Shown: positions 9,530 through 19,918, numbered from the stretch's first letter. The stretch is DNA of 36,648 nt from Chloroflexota bacterium (GCA_030666985.1 DAOUWT010000003.1:1-36648); one strand, 5' to 3'. Notes: generated by a model from the letters alone, not told the origin. A program made the numbers and translations.

Positions 9530-10518
9530 AAAAAACACATACTCCCCCCACCCGCAATTTAGCCTTAGAATTAGTACGTGTAACCGAAGCTGCAGCCCTT
9601 TCTGCTGGCCGTTTCATGGGCCGAGGCGACAAAGAAGCGGCCGACAAAGCCGCAGTAGATGCTATGCGCCTGGTCCTGAACTCCATCAAAATGGAAGCCA
9701 CAGTCATCATCGGCGAAGGTGAAAAAGATGAGGCCCCCATGCTCTATAATGGAGAAGTAGTTGGCACCGGGGATGCCCCCGCACTCGACCTTGCCGTTGA
9801 CCCGGTGGATGGCACTCGCCCCCTGGCGAATGGCTTCCTGAACTCCATTGCCACCGCGGCCCTGTCCCCCCAGGGAACCATGTATGATCCCGGCCCATTC
9901 GTTTATATGGACAAAATGGCCGTTGGGCCTAAAGCGAAAGGTGTCATTGATATTGAAGCTCCTTTGGCAGAGAACCTAAAAAGAATTGCCCAGTCTGAAG
10001 ACAAACAGATTGATGACCTGACAGTCATTATTCTCGACCGGCCTCGCCACCAAGAACTCATTACGGAAATTCGCCAGCTTGGCGCTCGCATTCGTCTTAT
10101 CCCCGATGGAGACGTGGCCGCGGCTCTTATGACTTGTTTGCCTGAGGCTGGTATCGATGTCCTGCTGGGAGTGGGTGGCACGCCCGAGGGCGTCTTGGCG
10201 GCCTGTGCCATTCGTGCCATGGGGGGAGAACTTCAAGGAAAATTATACGCCCGCACTCCAGAAGAACGTCAAAAAGGTGAAGATATGGGGTACAATTTCG
10301 ATGACATCATCACCATGGATGATCTGGTTTCTTCAGATGATGTCTTCTTCGCCGCGACCGGTATAACGGATGGCGAACTTCTCGACGGTGTTAGATACTC
10401 TGGGCATGGAGGAGAGACATCTAGCCTGGTGATCCGGGGGATGACTGGAAGTGTCCGGTGGATATCGGCCTCCCACAACTTTGATAAACTGAACCCCATT
10501 AGTGAAATTGAATACTAG
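9526..10518 (+). CDS. glpX: Class II fructose-1,6-bisphosphatase
   Basis: ELVRVTEAAA, IGEGEKDEAPML, AVDPVDGT, DRPRH, DGDV, GGTPEGV, ATGITDG; 4-bp overlap with cdsA. Confidence 0.96.
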   Translation: MKKTHTPPTRNLALELVRVTEAAALSAGRFMGRGDKEAADKAAVDAMRLVLNSIKMEATVIIGEGEKDEAPMLYNGEVVGTGDAPALDLAVDPVDGTRPLANGFLNSIATAALSPQGTMYDPGPFVYMDKMAVGPKAKGVIDIEAPLAENLKRIAQSEDKQIDDLTVIILDRPRHQELITEIRQLGARIRLIPDGDVAAALMTCLPEAGIDVLLGVGGTPEGVLAACAIRAMGGELQGKLYARTPEERQKGEDMGYNFDDIITMDDLVSSDDVFFAATGITDGELLDGVRYSGHGGETSSLVIRGMTGSVRWISASHNFDKLNPISEIEY

Positions 10519-10652
10519 GGAATGGCAGGGTTTAAATCATTCCAGTCCGTAAAACGTGAAACGTGAGAGCGTGCCTCGTGCATCACGAGTTTTAGGATAA
10601 CTCACCGAACGTTGGGATGCTCACCACCTCACCACTCGGTTACAAACCATCG

Positions 10653-13600
10653 CTATCCCCTGGAGGATGGTGAAGGTGTCCTCACCGAACGTTGGGCGGG
10701 TAACCATTCACTCTTCGGGGGGATAGGTAAAGCCTCGCCCACATCTTCCAGAAAAACTTCCATAAGCTGACTAAATTCTTGGATAGTGAACGGTTTTTGG
10801 AGCCAAAACACTTTTTCTTGCTCTAAGAGTTTTTTCTCCTTTCCACGCAGGGGGTGTCCCGTAACAAACAATATCTTCAAATCTGGCCACTTGGCCTGTA
10901 TATGGTTATAGAGGTCTACTCCCCCCATTTCTGGCATGACGATGTCACTCATCACAAAATAAAACTCCTGGGCCTGAAGATGTTCCAATGCCTCTACGCC
11001 GTTCGAAGCAGTCACCACTCGATAGTCGAATATTTCCAGCATGGATTTCAGGGCTTCGCGGGCGGGCCGGTCATCCTCGACTAATAATACACATTGTCCA
11101 GTTCCATTCAAAGTAATATCCTGCATTTGATCAACGTCATCATCCGCTGCGGGGATAAGCATTGGTAAAAACACGGTGAAAGTCGTTCCCTCTCCCTCTG
11201 TGCTTTCTATCTCAATATGCCCTTCGAATTGCTTGATGATTCCATAAACTTGCGCCAAACCTAAGCCGGTTCCTTTTCCAACTTCCTTGGTGGTAAAGAA
11301 AGGTTCGAAAATGTGGGCTTGGACATCTTCTGGAATCCCTGTCCCCGCATCAGAGACAGTAACCGTCACCCACTCTCCGGAAGAAAGGAAAGGATAGAGT
11401 TCAATTTCCTCTTCTCCTTGACGGGCACAGGCCAGCTCGAAACTCAACTCCCCACCATCTGGCATAGCATCCCGCGCGTTGACCGCCAAATTCATGAATA
11501 CTTGCTGCAATCGAGTGGGATCTACATTTACAAAATATTCCCCCGCTTCACTGTGCAGGGTCACTCGAATGCTCTCTGGAAGTGTTCGAGTGAGTAGTTT
11601 TTCTAGCTCTTTCAGGAAGGGGAGTAAATCAATTCGAGCTTCTTTCATAACCGAGCTTCGACTGAAGTCTAGCATTTGGTGAATCAGTTCAGAAGCCTGT
11701 TTAATTTGTTGTTTGATGACATTTAGGCGTTTCTCGAATCTGGGCGGCAAATTCTGTTCCCGCAGCAACAGCTCTGTGTAGACCAAGATAGCAGCCATAA
11801 TGTTGTTGAAATCGTGCCCGATGCCGGCCGCTAGTTGTCCCACTGTTGCCAATCGAGCCTGCATTTGAGTACGTTCCTGGTACTCACGCATAGCTGTCAC
11901 ATCTTGGAGGGTGACTATCCACTGCTGGCTGTCATTTTGCACAGGCCGCATCTGAAGTTCGAAGACTCTTTTGGAAGGTCCCGGCAGCTTAATGTCAACC
12001 GGTAGAGGCTCTTCTGAACGGGCAATAAGCTCAGATAGGGAGTAGGGGCCTAATTTGGCAATTACATCTCCTACTTTTGCGGAAGAAAGCTGCTTTAGAT
12101 ACTTTTTTCCTTGGGTGTTTATGGCCTCCAGCCGGTAATCTTCCGCCAACAAAAGCACCCCTATTGGCAATCCCTCGATCAGAGATTCCTGACGGTGCTG
12201 CTCTCCCGCCAGGCGATCAACCAGGCGATTCACATCTTGGTAGCGGTAAGCATTACTTAGCGCCAACCCCACTTGCTGGCAAATTGCTTCTAACAAATCA
12301 AGATGCTCTTCAGAAAAATCCCCCTCTGTATCAGATTGCACAGATAAAACACCCAAGAGAGATGAACCACTGAGAATAGGAGCAGCAATGAGAGAGCCTT
12401 GGGGTTCATCTACACCTTCGAAATAAGCCCAGCGTTCATCCTTGCTTACATCGGGAATGTATAGGGCTGCTTGGTTTTCTGCTGCCCATCCCATCAGGCC
12501 CTCGTCTAGTCTTAGTTCCCTAACATTCTGCACTTCTGAAGACGTGATATCTCGTCCGTATATGCTGTGTATTTTCAGGGTTTGCGTGTTTTTATTGTAC
12601 AATGTGGCGATCCCCACTTTGCCGCCCAAAGAGTGTGTGATAAGCTCTATGGCTTGTTCCAAAATTGTACCAACGTCTAAGCTGGTGGTCAGCTTTTTAC
12701 CTATATCATACAACAAGCTCAAACGTCTTTGTTCAACAGCAACTTGCTCGAATAAACGCGCATTTTCCACTGCAATGGCCGCCTGGTCGCTGAGCAGCTT
12801 TAAGACACGCAACTCAGTCTCCTGGAAATCACGTGGTTGTTGGTAGGCAATATTCATTACTCCTACAGTTCGATCTCCAATCAGGAGTGGCAGCCCCATA
12901 ATTGCCCCTTTCCAACCTTTTCGAGGGGCGACATCTGCGAATAAGGGATGCGTTTGCATATCTGGAACCAGAATAACCTCCTGGCTTCGGGCAACCTGGT
13001 AAGTCAATCCTTCTGGACGGGGAGCGGCGACTGGCCCCTCTCGGTTTCCATTCCTATGTAAAACAGCCCGAAAATATGCCGATGAACCATCGTACAAGAA
13101 AATATGAGCATCTTGAGCATCCGGCAAGTATTCAAGGACGCTGTTGAGGAGGGCATTAAAAACCTCTTCTGATTGTAAATTTGCCGTGAGGGTGAGAGTA
13201 GCCTGGCGGACGGTTTCTAATTCCTTGGCTCTTTGTTTTGCTTCCTCGAACAGGCGGGCGTTTTCCAAAGAGATGGCGACTTGGGTGGCCAGGGCTTCCA
13301 AAAAGCGTCTATCTTCGTTGTCGAAAGTGTACGGCTCGAACGATTGAACTGTAACCACTCCTATTAGACGTTCTCGAACGATGAAGGGCATCCCCAACCA
13401 AGAAAGCACCTTTCTCCCGTGCTCCTGAGGTTTGACCGGTAACTCATCCTCATCAAAATTCTTCACGAGAAGATATTTTCTGTGCTCTACAACCCAGCCC
13501 AGTAAACTTTCCTCTTCGATAGAGACCCGTCTGCCTATGAGGTCTGTCATTTCTTTCCCGTCTTCGACGGCAATAGCGATGGAAATTTCCTGTGAGGCTT

Positions 13601-15233
13601 CATCCCATAGGCCAACCAAAAAAGTGTCTGGGAGCATCAACCTGTCCACTTGGATATATAAGCGTTCCAGAATTTTCTCTGTATCTAAGACGCTGGAGGT
13701 GATCAAAGTGGTTTCGTATAGGCTGCTCAATTGGAGTGCATGCTGCTGAGAGTCTTCCAAAAGCTGAACGTTCTGAATGGCTACAGCTAATTGGTCGGCC
13801 ATGGTTTCTAGGACGCGAATATCTTCCTCATCGAAAGCTGCTGCGTGACGGCTCTGTACATCCAATACTCCGATAACGATCTCACCTATTTTGAGAGGAA
13901 TTGCCATCTCGGAACGTGTTTCCGGTAAGATAGGGTTTTCGAAATGAACTGGGTCTTCTCCTACATCCAAGGCAATGCGTGCCTCTCCGGTCTCGCAGAC
14001 ATGCCCCACAATGCCTACCATGCCTATCCGCAGCCTATGCTCTCGTTCGATCATTGTCTGTCCTGCTTCACCGGTGGCCGCCGTCAAAACAGCGTAGCGG
14101 CCATCTTCGCTGACCAAGAATAAACCGGCGTGATAAAAACCAAAACGGTCCTTGATCAAGTCAACAGCTTTATTCAGCAAGGGTTGCAATCTGCGCTCTT
14201 TTACTGCATCACGAGCCACCTCAGCTGCTACCTGAAGCTGGATAGCCCGTCGCTCTAAATCCTCGGCCGTTTTTTGTAGGCCTTCTTCGGCTCGAGCCCG
14301 CTCTGTGACATCACGAGCTATACTTAGTATGTAGAGTGGCTCACCATTCGAACCATAGACAGCTACGTCGCTCAACTCAATGGGTATTTCGAAATCCTTT
14401 TTATGAATAAAACGCCGCTCATGAAGTTGCGTTTTTTCTCCTTTACGTAATTTGGCAAACTTTGCCCGGCAGGCTGGGTGATAGTGGCCGGGGATCAGAT
14501 CGAATAAGGTCATACTGAGCAATTCTAATTCAGAATATCCTGTCAAATTTACGGCTTGCCGGTTGACAGTGATATACGCGCCATCAAAATCGTATATGAA
14601 AATAGCATCGTTACTGTGCTCGAAAAGCTCTTTATAAACCCTGTCGACCGCCACATACTCTTGATGAAATCCAAGGTGTTCTTCTGATAACCCAAGGGGG
14701 ATAGTGTCTTCTTCAAGGACGCACCACACCAACGTTGAATAATGGCACAACGCTTCAACTGCGGGGATATCCCCCGAGACCAGATTCTTGGCACGCAGGG
14801 CCAGCACCCCGCGTATTTTCCCGGCAGATGTCAAGGGGGAGTAAATGCTTGCTTCTATCCCATGAAATGTTTGCCGAATGACAGCAGAGGTTTTTTCAAC
14901 CAATCCCTGTTTAGACTGAGCATTTGAGTCTTGTTCTAAAATGTAGGTGCTTTCCCCGTTTTCTAAAACTTGCCGGAAAATATCCTCGTCCCCCAGGGAA
15001 GGTTTCGCGGTCCCTGTTGGAGCCGCAAGGGTCAGGTAAATCGCTTGCTTCTCACCGTTCATACGAATGACAACTTCCCCCTTTATCTCATATTTGGACA
15101 GGTTTTCCAAAAGCAGCGTCCAAATGTTCTTATGCGTTAGTTGTTTCTCGGCAAGCTTTTCTTCGAGTGTATGCAAAACCGTCAGAAGGGCGGTGGTATT
15201 GTGCGACGGGGAACGGTATTTAGAGGTGTTCAT
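10653..15233 (-). CDS. Hybrid sensor histidine kinase/response regulator (degenerate GAF, PAS, about 4 GAF, PAS-like, HisKA, HATPase, REC)
   Basis: PAS ending in ARDVTER; GAF motifs (SEMAIPL..GVLDVQS..F...D); H-box GIGHDFNN; [29 protein letters not shown]; receiver LLVEDD...SDIVMP...TG...KPF. Confidence 0.93.
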   Translation of the reverse strand: MNTSKYRSPSHNTTALLTVLHTLEEKLAEKQLTHKNIWTLLLENLSKYEIKGEVVIRMNGEKQAIYLTLAAPTGTAKPSLGDEDIFRQVLENGESTYILEQDSNAQSKQGLVEKTSAVIRQTFHGIEASIYSPLTSAGKIRGVLALRAKNLVSGDIPAVEALCHYSTLVWCVLEEDTIPLGLSEEHLGFHQEYVAVDRVYKELFEHSNDAIFIYDFDGAYITVNRQAVNLTGYSELELLSMTLFDLIPGHYHPACRAKFAKLRKGEKTQLHERRFIHKKDFEIPIELSDVAVYGSNGEPLYILSIARDVTERARAEEGLQKTAEDLERRAIQLQVAAEVARDAVKERRLQPLLNKAVDLIKDRFGFYHAGLFLVSEDGRYAVLTAATGEAGQTMIEREHRLRIGMVGIVGHVCETGEARIALDVGEDPVHFENPILPETRSEMAIPLKIGEIVIGVLDVQSRHAAAFDEEDIRVLETMADQLAVAIQNVQLLEDSQQHALQLSSLYETTLITSSVLDTEKILERLYIQVDRLMLPDTFLVGLWDEASQEISIAIAVEDGKEMTDLIGRRVSIEEESLLGWVVEHRKYLLVKNFDEDELPVKPQEHGRKVLSWLGMPFIVRERLIGVVTVQSFEPYTFDNEDRRFLEALATQVAISLENARLFEEAKQRAKELETVRQATLTLTANLQSEEVFNALLNSVLEYLPDAQDAHIFLYDGSSAYFRAVLHRNGNREGPVAAPRPEGLTYQVARSQEVILVPDMQTHPLFADVAPRKGWKGAIMGLPLLIGDRTVGVMNIAYQQPRDFQETELRVLKLLSDQAAIAVENARLFEQVAVEQRRLSLLYDIGKKLTTSLDVGTILEQAIELITHSLGGKVGIATLYNKNTQTLKIHSIYGRDITSSEVQNVRELRLDEGLMGWAAENQAALYIPDVSKDERWAYFEGVDEPQGSLIAAPILSGSSLLGVLSVQSDTEGDFSEEHLDLLEAICQQVGLALSNAYRYQDVNRLVDRLAGEQHRQESLIEGLPIGVLLLAEDYRLEAINTQGKKYLKQLSSAKVGDVIAKLGPYSLSELIARSEEPLPVDIKLPGPSKRVFELQMRPVQNDSQQWIVTLQDVTAMREYQERTQMQARLATVGQLAAGIGHDFNNIMAAILVYTELLLREQNLPPRFEKRLNVIKQQIKQASELIHQMLDFSRSSVMKEARIDLLPFLKELEKLLTRTLPESIRVTLHSEAGEYFVNVDPTRLQQVFMNLAVNARDAMPDGGELSFELACARQGEEEIELYPFLSSGEWVTVTVSDAGTGIPEDVQAHIFEPFFTTKEVGKGTGLGLAQVYGIIKQFEGHIEIESTEGEGTTFTVFLPMLIPAADDDVDQMQDITLNGTGQCVLLVEDDRPAREALKSMLEIFDYRVVTASNGVEALEHLQAQEFYFVMSDIVMPEMGGVDLYNHIQAKWPDLKILFVTGHPLRGKEKKLLEQEKVFWLQKPFTIQEFSQLMEVFLEDVGEALPIPPKSEWLPAQRSVRTPSPSSRG

Positions 15234-15285
15234 AATTTATAAATGGGTGATATAGTTTCTCAATATTTTGGGGAAAAGGTGACAT

Positions 15286-15431
15286 GTGGGGGATGGTCGC
15301 CCCGTGGGGGATGGTTGCCCCGTGGGGGAAGGTCGCCCCGTGGGGGGAGAGGTCGCCCCGTGGGGGGAGGTCGCCCCGTGGGGGGAGGTCGCCCCGTGGG
15401 GGAGGGTTGCCGCGTGGGGGAAGCTCGCCCC
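15286..15431. repeat. Tandem array of 8 GC-rich 18-bp units (GTGGGGGRNGGTCGCCCC)
   Basis: Units start at 15286, 15304, 15322, 15340 (20 bp), 15360, 15378, 15396 and 15414, with no spacers. Confidence 0.9.
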
Positions 15432-15539
15432 ACGGGGGAGGTTTTACCTAGCCCCAGCCGCGACCCGTCGCCCATCCGCAATCCCCAAGTAGAGTCTCCC
15501 AAGGGGGACGCAACACGCAACACGCAATATATTAGCATA

Positions 15540-17156
15540 TCACAACCCTTTCACCAAGTAGTATTTTCCGCGCTCGAAGCCGCGTTCCAGATAATATCGC
15601 CGCGTCCCCACAGCGGCAATCACCGCCAAACGCTGAAAACCTGCCCCCCCTGCTATCTCGCCGGCCCTCTCCACCAGGCTCGTTCCCAGGCCAATGTGCT
15701 GGGCGGCCCCTTCCATTTCGCGTCCCACACGCAAAGATTGCCCATATACATGCACCTCGCGGATGATGGCCGCCCCGGCGAGGTCTTCCCAGCCCGTTTC
15801 GGGAGCGTCACCGGAAGGCAAGGAGAGACGCAAAAAGCCAGCCAGTTTATCATCAGGAGTAACGTAAGACAAAAAGTGTTCTTCCGCCCCGTTGGCCGAG
15901 TAGGCCAGATCATGCAGCTCGCATTCGTCAACTTCCACCTCTTGCCCGCGAACTTCCCGGCAGCGAATACATTGGCAGCGTTCCCCGCGCTGCTTTAATT
16001 CCCGGTGTATGTCTTGACGCAAACTTGTCCGCTTATTGCCTTCTACTACGTTATCGGAGGGAATGTCGCGCACCACGCGGTTAACGCGGCAATAGCGGGG
16101 GATAGTGGGCTTTATGTCAGAAATCAGAGCTATCAACTCGGCAGTGGTATAAGGCACGTATTCACCCCGCTTCCAATATTCGAATAGCTCAGTACCTTCC
16201 AATAATTGGGTTGGGTAGATTTTCAATTCATCGGGAGCCAGCCACTCCCATAGGCGGGCAAAATCTTCCTCATCGGATTCTGGAGTCGCGCCCAGGAGAT
16301 TGGGCATCCAATGCAAGACAATTTTGAAGCCAGCCGCCCGCAGCAAAGCCATGGCCTGCCGCGTCTCGGCTACGGTATGGCCGCGTTTGTTGAGAGCCAA
16401 AATCTCGTCATCCAGGCTCTGCACGCCCATTTGTACCTTGGTCACGCCTAATTTTCGCATCCGCTCCAACTCGGAGAGCGTCACCAAATCTGCTCTCGTC
16501 TCCACCGCCAGGCCTACGTTTTTGTGTTGGGCAGTTTCGTTCCGGGTTTGGGCAGCGGCTAAATCACCGGACTCGGCTTCGTTCATGGCCTCGAAACAAC
16601 GCTTCAAAAACCACTCCTGGTAATCTTTCGGATACGTGCCCCAGGAGCCTCCCAAAACCAAAAGCTCAATTTTGTCGGTGGGATGCCCGATCTCATACAA
16701 AGCCTCAATGCGAGCCGCTACCTGATCGTAGGGATCGAATTTGTGGTGCAAAGCACGCATTGCGCCTGGCTCGTCGGGGAGATAACTTGTCGGCATCTCT
16801 TCGTAATCGGGACAGAAAATGCACTCCCCCGGGCAGGGATGCGGCTTTGTCAGCACCGTTACCACAGTCACGCCCGAAAGGGTCCGCGACGGCTTGACGC
16901 GGATTTTGGCCAGCAGCCGCCGGTCGGCCTCTCTCTCCCCCCGGGCGACATCCTGGCGATAGGCTGTGATGAGGGCGTGTTTATTCAAAAAGCCTTTCCC
17001 GCCGGGGAGGGGGTAACGCCGAATGGCTGGGAAAACCTCGCGCCCGCCCTCGATCTCTATCAGAACCTGACGGGCAAGGTCTAAGACTTCTGCGCTATAT
17101 TTCCTGGCATCTACCCAGGCTTGTTCTTTTCCAAATTCATTTTTCATATTATTCAA
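15540..17156 (-). CDS. elp3: Elp3-family tRNA U34 carboxymethyltransferase (radical SAM + KAT)
   Basis: RTLSGV..V...KPHPCPGECIFCP, SY..DEP, ETRAD, HWMPNL, LKIYPT, RVVRDIP, CQCIRCREV, FLRL, IREVHVYG, QHIGLG, VGTRRYY. The start may be ATG 17147. Confidence 0.93.
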   Translation of the reverse strand: MNNMKNEFGKEQAWVDARKYSAEVLDLARQVLIEIEGGREVFPAIRRYPLPGGKGFLNKHALITAYRQDVARGEREADRRLLAKIRVKPSRTLSGVTVVTVLTKPHPCPGECIFCPDYEEMPTSYLPDEPGAMRALHHKFDPYDQVAARIEALYEIGHPTDKIELLVLGGSWGTYPKDYQEWFLKRCFEAMNEAESGDLAAAQTRNETAQHKNVGLAVETRADLVTLSELERMRKLGVTKVQMGVQSLDDEILALNKRGHTVAETRQAMALLRAAGFKIVLHWMPNLLGATPESDEEDFARLWEWLAPDELKIYPTQLLEGTELFEYWKRGEYVPYTTAELIALISDIKPTIPRYCRVNRVVRDIPSDNVVEGNKRTSLRQDIHRELKQRGERCQCIRCREVRGQEVEVDECELHDLAYSANGAEEHFLSYVTPDDKLAGFLRLSLPSGDAPETGWEDLAGAAIIREVHVYGQSLRVGREMEGAAQHIGLGTSLVERAGEIAGGAGFQRLAVIAAVGTRRYYLERGFERGKYYLVKGL

Positions 17157-17182
17157 CTACTCAGGAACCGCGTTCCTGATTC

Positions 17183-17217
17183 CTGACAAACATCCAAAGC
17201 TATCATATAATACTAGC
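17183..17217 (+). promoter_or_regulatory. Promoter giving a probably leaderless methyltransferase mRNA
   Basis: CTGACA-N17-TATAAT, then 6 nt to ATG 17218; no Shine-Dalgarno. Confidence 0.7.
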
Positions 17218-17994
17218 ATGGAGACTAAAATAGCACAACAACTAATCGCGCTCAACCACCAATTTTACCAGACCTTTTCTGAAGAGTTTTCTAATACGCG
17301 CATGAGACTTCAGCCAGGGGTGCAAAAAATTCTGGAGACGCTGCCACCCAAGGCCAGTCTTCTTGATTTGGGGTGCGGAAACGGAGAGTTGGCCCGTGTG
17401 CTGGCCCGAAATTCTTATCAGGGTTCTTATGTCGGAACAGATTTCAGCCCCAACCTGCTAGAGACGGCCCGCCGGAGCCTGCCAGAAGGTTTCCCGGCCA
17501 ATTTTTATCCCCTGGACCTCACCGACCCCGATTGGCAAGAGCAGCTTCCCCCGCTCCAATTCGACTTCATCTTTGCCTTTGCCACTTTGCACCACATCCC
17601 CAGCCGCGAGTTGCACGTAAGCATCCTGGAGAAAATCCGTTTTCGGCTGAAACCTGGGGGAAAATTCATCCACTCCAACTGGCAATTTTTGAACAGTGAA
17701 CGCCTGAAAAAGCGCATCCAGCCCTGGGAGAAAATCAACCTCTCGCCCAGTGACGTAGACGAGGGGGATTACCTGCTTGACTGGCGCCGGGGCGGATACG
17801 GCCTCCGCTACGTGCATCACTTCTCCCCAGCGGAACTCCGCTCCCTGGCGGGGGAAATCGGCTTTAGTGTGGAGGAGTCATTCCTCTCTGATGGGAAAGA
17901 GGGTGATTTGGGGTTGTATCAGGTGTGGGAGGGGGGTAGTGTTCAGTATTCAGTTTTCAGTTTTCAGTCGCCAGTCGTCAGTCAATGTCATTAA
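17218..17994 (+). CDS. Class I SAM methyltransferase, Trm9/ALKBH8-like
   Basis: FY..F..EFSNTR, LLDLGCGNG, GTDFS..LLETAR, FDFI.AFATLHHIPSRE, LKPGG....NW, DYLLDW, RYVHHF...EL follow the Trm9 motif order (from memory). Confidence 0.8.
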   Translation: METKIAQQLIALNHQFYQTFSEEFSNTRMRLQPGVQKILETLPPKASLLDLGCGNGELARVLARNSYQGSYVGTDFSPNLLETARRSLPEGFPANFYPLDLTDPDWQEQLPPLQFDFIFAFATLHHIPSRELHVSILEKIRFRLKPGGKFIHSNWQFLNSERLKKRIQPWEKINLSPSDVDEGDYLLDWRRGGYGLRYVHHFSPAELRSLAGEIGFSVEESFLSDGKEGDLGLYQVWEGGSVQYSVFSFQSPVVSQCH

Positions 17995-18103
17995 GTTAGT
18001 AGGAACAAGCTTGTCGTTTCGACGAGGAACGAGGAGAAATCTTTGGGTTCAGTCTACCATTAACTTACGGCGGAAAGATTTCTCCCTGTGGTCGAAATGA
18101 CAT
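17983..18103. mobile_element. Third copy of the MITE-like palindromic repeat (left TIR present, right TIR missing)
   Basis: CAATGTCATTAAGTT followed by a core very similar to 1-75. Confidence 0.8.
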
Positions 18104-18193
18104 CCTCCTTGAGAGCTTGCGGGGTTGACGCTGCAAGTCATCGGCGGGTTGTCCTTTGCGCTAAAACCCCACTTTCAACAAACTATAAACCGA

Positions 18194-18481
18194 CTATTTT
18201 CTAACCGTAGCAACTTGCCTGTTTAAATCTTTATCAATTCGTTCTCGCAAATATACTTTCATTAACGATTGATAGGGAACATCCATTTTATTTGCTATCA
18301 ATTTCAACTCATTTAACATTGTCTCTGACATACGCAGTGATATTGCTTTATTGGCCGGTTTTAGATTTGGCAATATCACCTGTTCTGCCTGACTCCAATC
18401 CATATATTCTGTGGAATCATGCGTTGCCCAGAATTCTCGTTCTTCATCTTCATTTTCGAATTTAGGAATTGGCTTTGGCAT
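18194..18481 (-). CDS. BrnA/CopG-like antitoxin
   Basis: IPKFENEDEEREFWATHDSTEY.DW, K.ISLR, K..A...VPYQSLMK..L; overlaps the toxin gene. Confidence 0.9.
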   Translation of the reverse strand: MPKPIPKFENEDEEREFWATHDSTEYMDWSQAEQVILPNLKPANKAISLRMSETMLNELKLIANKMDVPYQSLMKVYLRERIDKDLNRQVATVRK

Positions 18482-18758
18482 ATTTTCTTTCTTCCTTTTG
18501 GTTCATGTCACGGGCGGAGATTACCCGAATCTTGTTTTTTCTTATCGTAAAAGCTATAAACAACCATCTGTTTGCATTTGTATGACCCAATACATAGTAA
18601 CGTTTTTCATACTGAGAGTGTTTTGTGTCATCAGCCAACAAAAGCGGGATATTAAAGAATACTTCTTCACATTCTAAATCGGATACCTGATGGTTTATCC
18701 AATTTTTATCAATATTCCCATCGTCCCATTCAAAGCCATCAATGTTATAAATATCCAT
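18462..18758 (-). CDS. brnT: BrnT-family ribonuclease toxin
   Basis: GFEWD.GN..KN...H.V, EEVF, HS..E.RY..LG, FTIR..KIRVISARDM...ERK.Y. Confidence 0.92.
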   Translation of the reverse strand: MDIYNIDGFEWDDGNIDKNWINHQVSDLECEEVFFNIPLLLADDTKHSQYEKRYYVLGHTNANRWLFIAFTIRKNKIRVISARDMNQKEERKYAKANS

Positions 18759-18764
18759 CTGATT

Positions 18765-18795
18765 GTATAGTACCTTTATATACGCACAAAGTCAA
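18765..18795 (-). promoter_or_regulatory. brnTA promoter with operator-like palindrome
   Basis: TTGACT-N17-TACTAT, 8 nt before the ATG. GTATA-N9-TATAC inverted repeat overlaps the -10. Confidence 0.75.
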
Positions 18796-18937
18796 GAATA
18801 CGTTCATTCCAGTTGCTAGAAACAAATCTAAAATGAATACGATGTTCAATTTTAGCTATAGATTTGCACAATGCAAAACGTCAAATAATTCCCCTTTTGA
18901 AATTGATTTTTCAACCTTTTTGGGAGCAAGTATAGCA

Positions 18938-19062
18938 ACCCAACGTTGGCATAACCCGCTCACCGTTTTTGCATTCCGACACACTTCAATTATAGCCTGT
19001 CTTTGCATTTTTCGCGCCGCATACCAGAGCCGAAGGCGAGTCGGATGTACTTTGGGTTAGCT
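18938..19062 (-). other. Integron attC-like recombination site (125 bp)
   Basis: Minus strand: R'' AGCTAAC, 5-nt spacer, L'' GTA[C]ATCC G[A]CTCGCC ... GGTGAGC, L' GGGTTAT, 6-nt spacer, R' GTTGGGT. The two extrahelical bases sit at the canonical positions. Confidence 0.7.
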
Positions 19063-19125
19063 TTTGTTCGTATTCTAAACAAGCCTACGATTTGAGTTCT
19101 GTTCTCTCAAATACGCTACTGTAAG

Positions 19126-19509
19126 TTATTCCTCAAGCAAATGTTCTTCTATCTCACTTAACACTTGTTTGAGAGCAGGTTGATCTGTGGGAGATAATTT
19201 ATTTTCCCCAATGTGTTTATGATGTGGATAAGTAATTATTTCAGGATGGTGCGGAGCGTTATCATACCGAAACACACTTTGATTTTGGCGAATATAAGAA
19301 TACGAGTAAATGACACGCACCGGATATCCTAATTCGGTACTGACGGTTTCATGAATACTCAAAAAAGAGCCATCCCAAAAATAAGCTCTGCACCGGAGTA
19401 TCCCATTAAAATCGTCGGAAGCCAGTATTTCTGTTATCTCAATAGATGTAATCGAATCGTATTGATTTAAACTGCGTTCAATTGATGAAAAATAATCAGT
19501 GATGTTCAT
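19126..19509 (-). CDS. DUF6516/TumE-like putative toxin
   Basis: F.DGS.L.I.E, YSY, FRYDNAPHHP....PHHKH; 4-bp overlap with the upstream small ORF. Confidence 0.85.
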   Translation of the reverse strand: MNITDYFSSIERSLNQYDSITSIEITEILASDDFNGILRCRAYFWDGSFLSIHETVSTELGYPVRVIYSYSYIRQNQSVFRYDNAPHHPEIITYPHHKHIGENKLSPTDQPALKQVLSEIEEHLLEE

Positions 19510-19727
19510 GACACTGACGCAGATTCAAACATAAGTTGTCTGATGGGCAAGGATGTAAGGTATAAATGATACAATCCCGCCCAAGTTAACCACTTATCAT
19601 CGTCACCCATTTCCCCGTTTTGATAGCGCATGTAAAATTCAATTGTAGAGTATCCATATTTCAATTCTAAATCAGACAATCGCTGACTAAGCTCTTGAAA
19701 TGACATCCGTTTGGGTTCAAAAGACAT
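19506..19727 (-). CDS. Putative cognate antitoxin (TumA-like)
   Basis: L..LE.KYG.ST.EFY.RY..GEMGDD....W pattern; AGGAG RBS; translationally coupled to the toxin. Confidence 0.75.
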   Translation of the reverse strand: MSFEPKRMSFQELSQRLSDLELKYGYSTIEFYMRYQNGEMGDDDKWLTWAGLYHLYLTSLPIRQLMFESASVS

Positions 19728-19918
19728 TTTTTACTCCTAGCCATGAATCACAACAAACTAACACATTCCCCTTTAATTAATTCACAATTCGTCTTAAGCC
19801 GAAAATGTTCCGCCGAATCTCCCTCTGATAGGTTTTATACGGAAAAATTTCGGCATAATCATAAACATAGGCGAAACCCTCGCGCATATTCGGAAAATCT
19901 TCCACGCTAACCAAGAAC

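Noticed and set aside
15286-15431. CRISPR array
   Set aside because: Contiguous 18-bp units with no unique spacers, and no cas genes.
15243-15998. 251-aa Gly/Arg/Pro-rich ORF and neighbouring short ORFs
   Set aside because: Translations of the 18-bp repeat plus the antisense strand of elp3.
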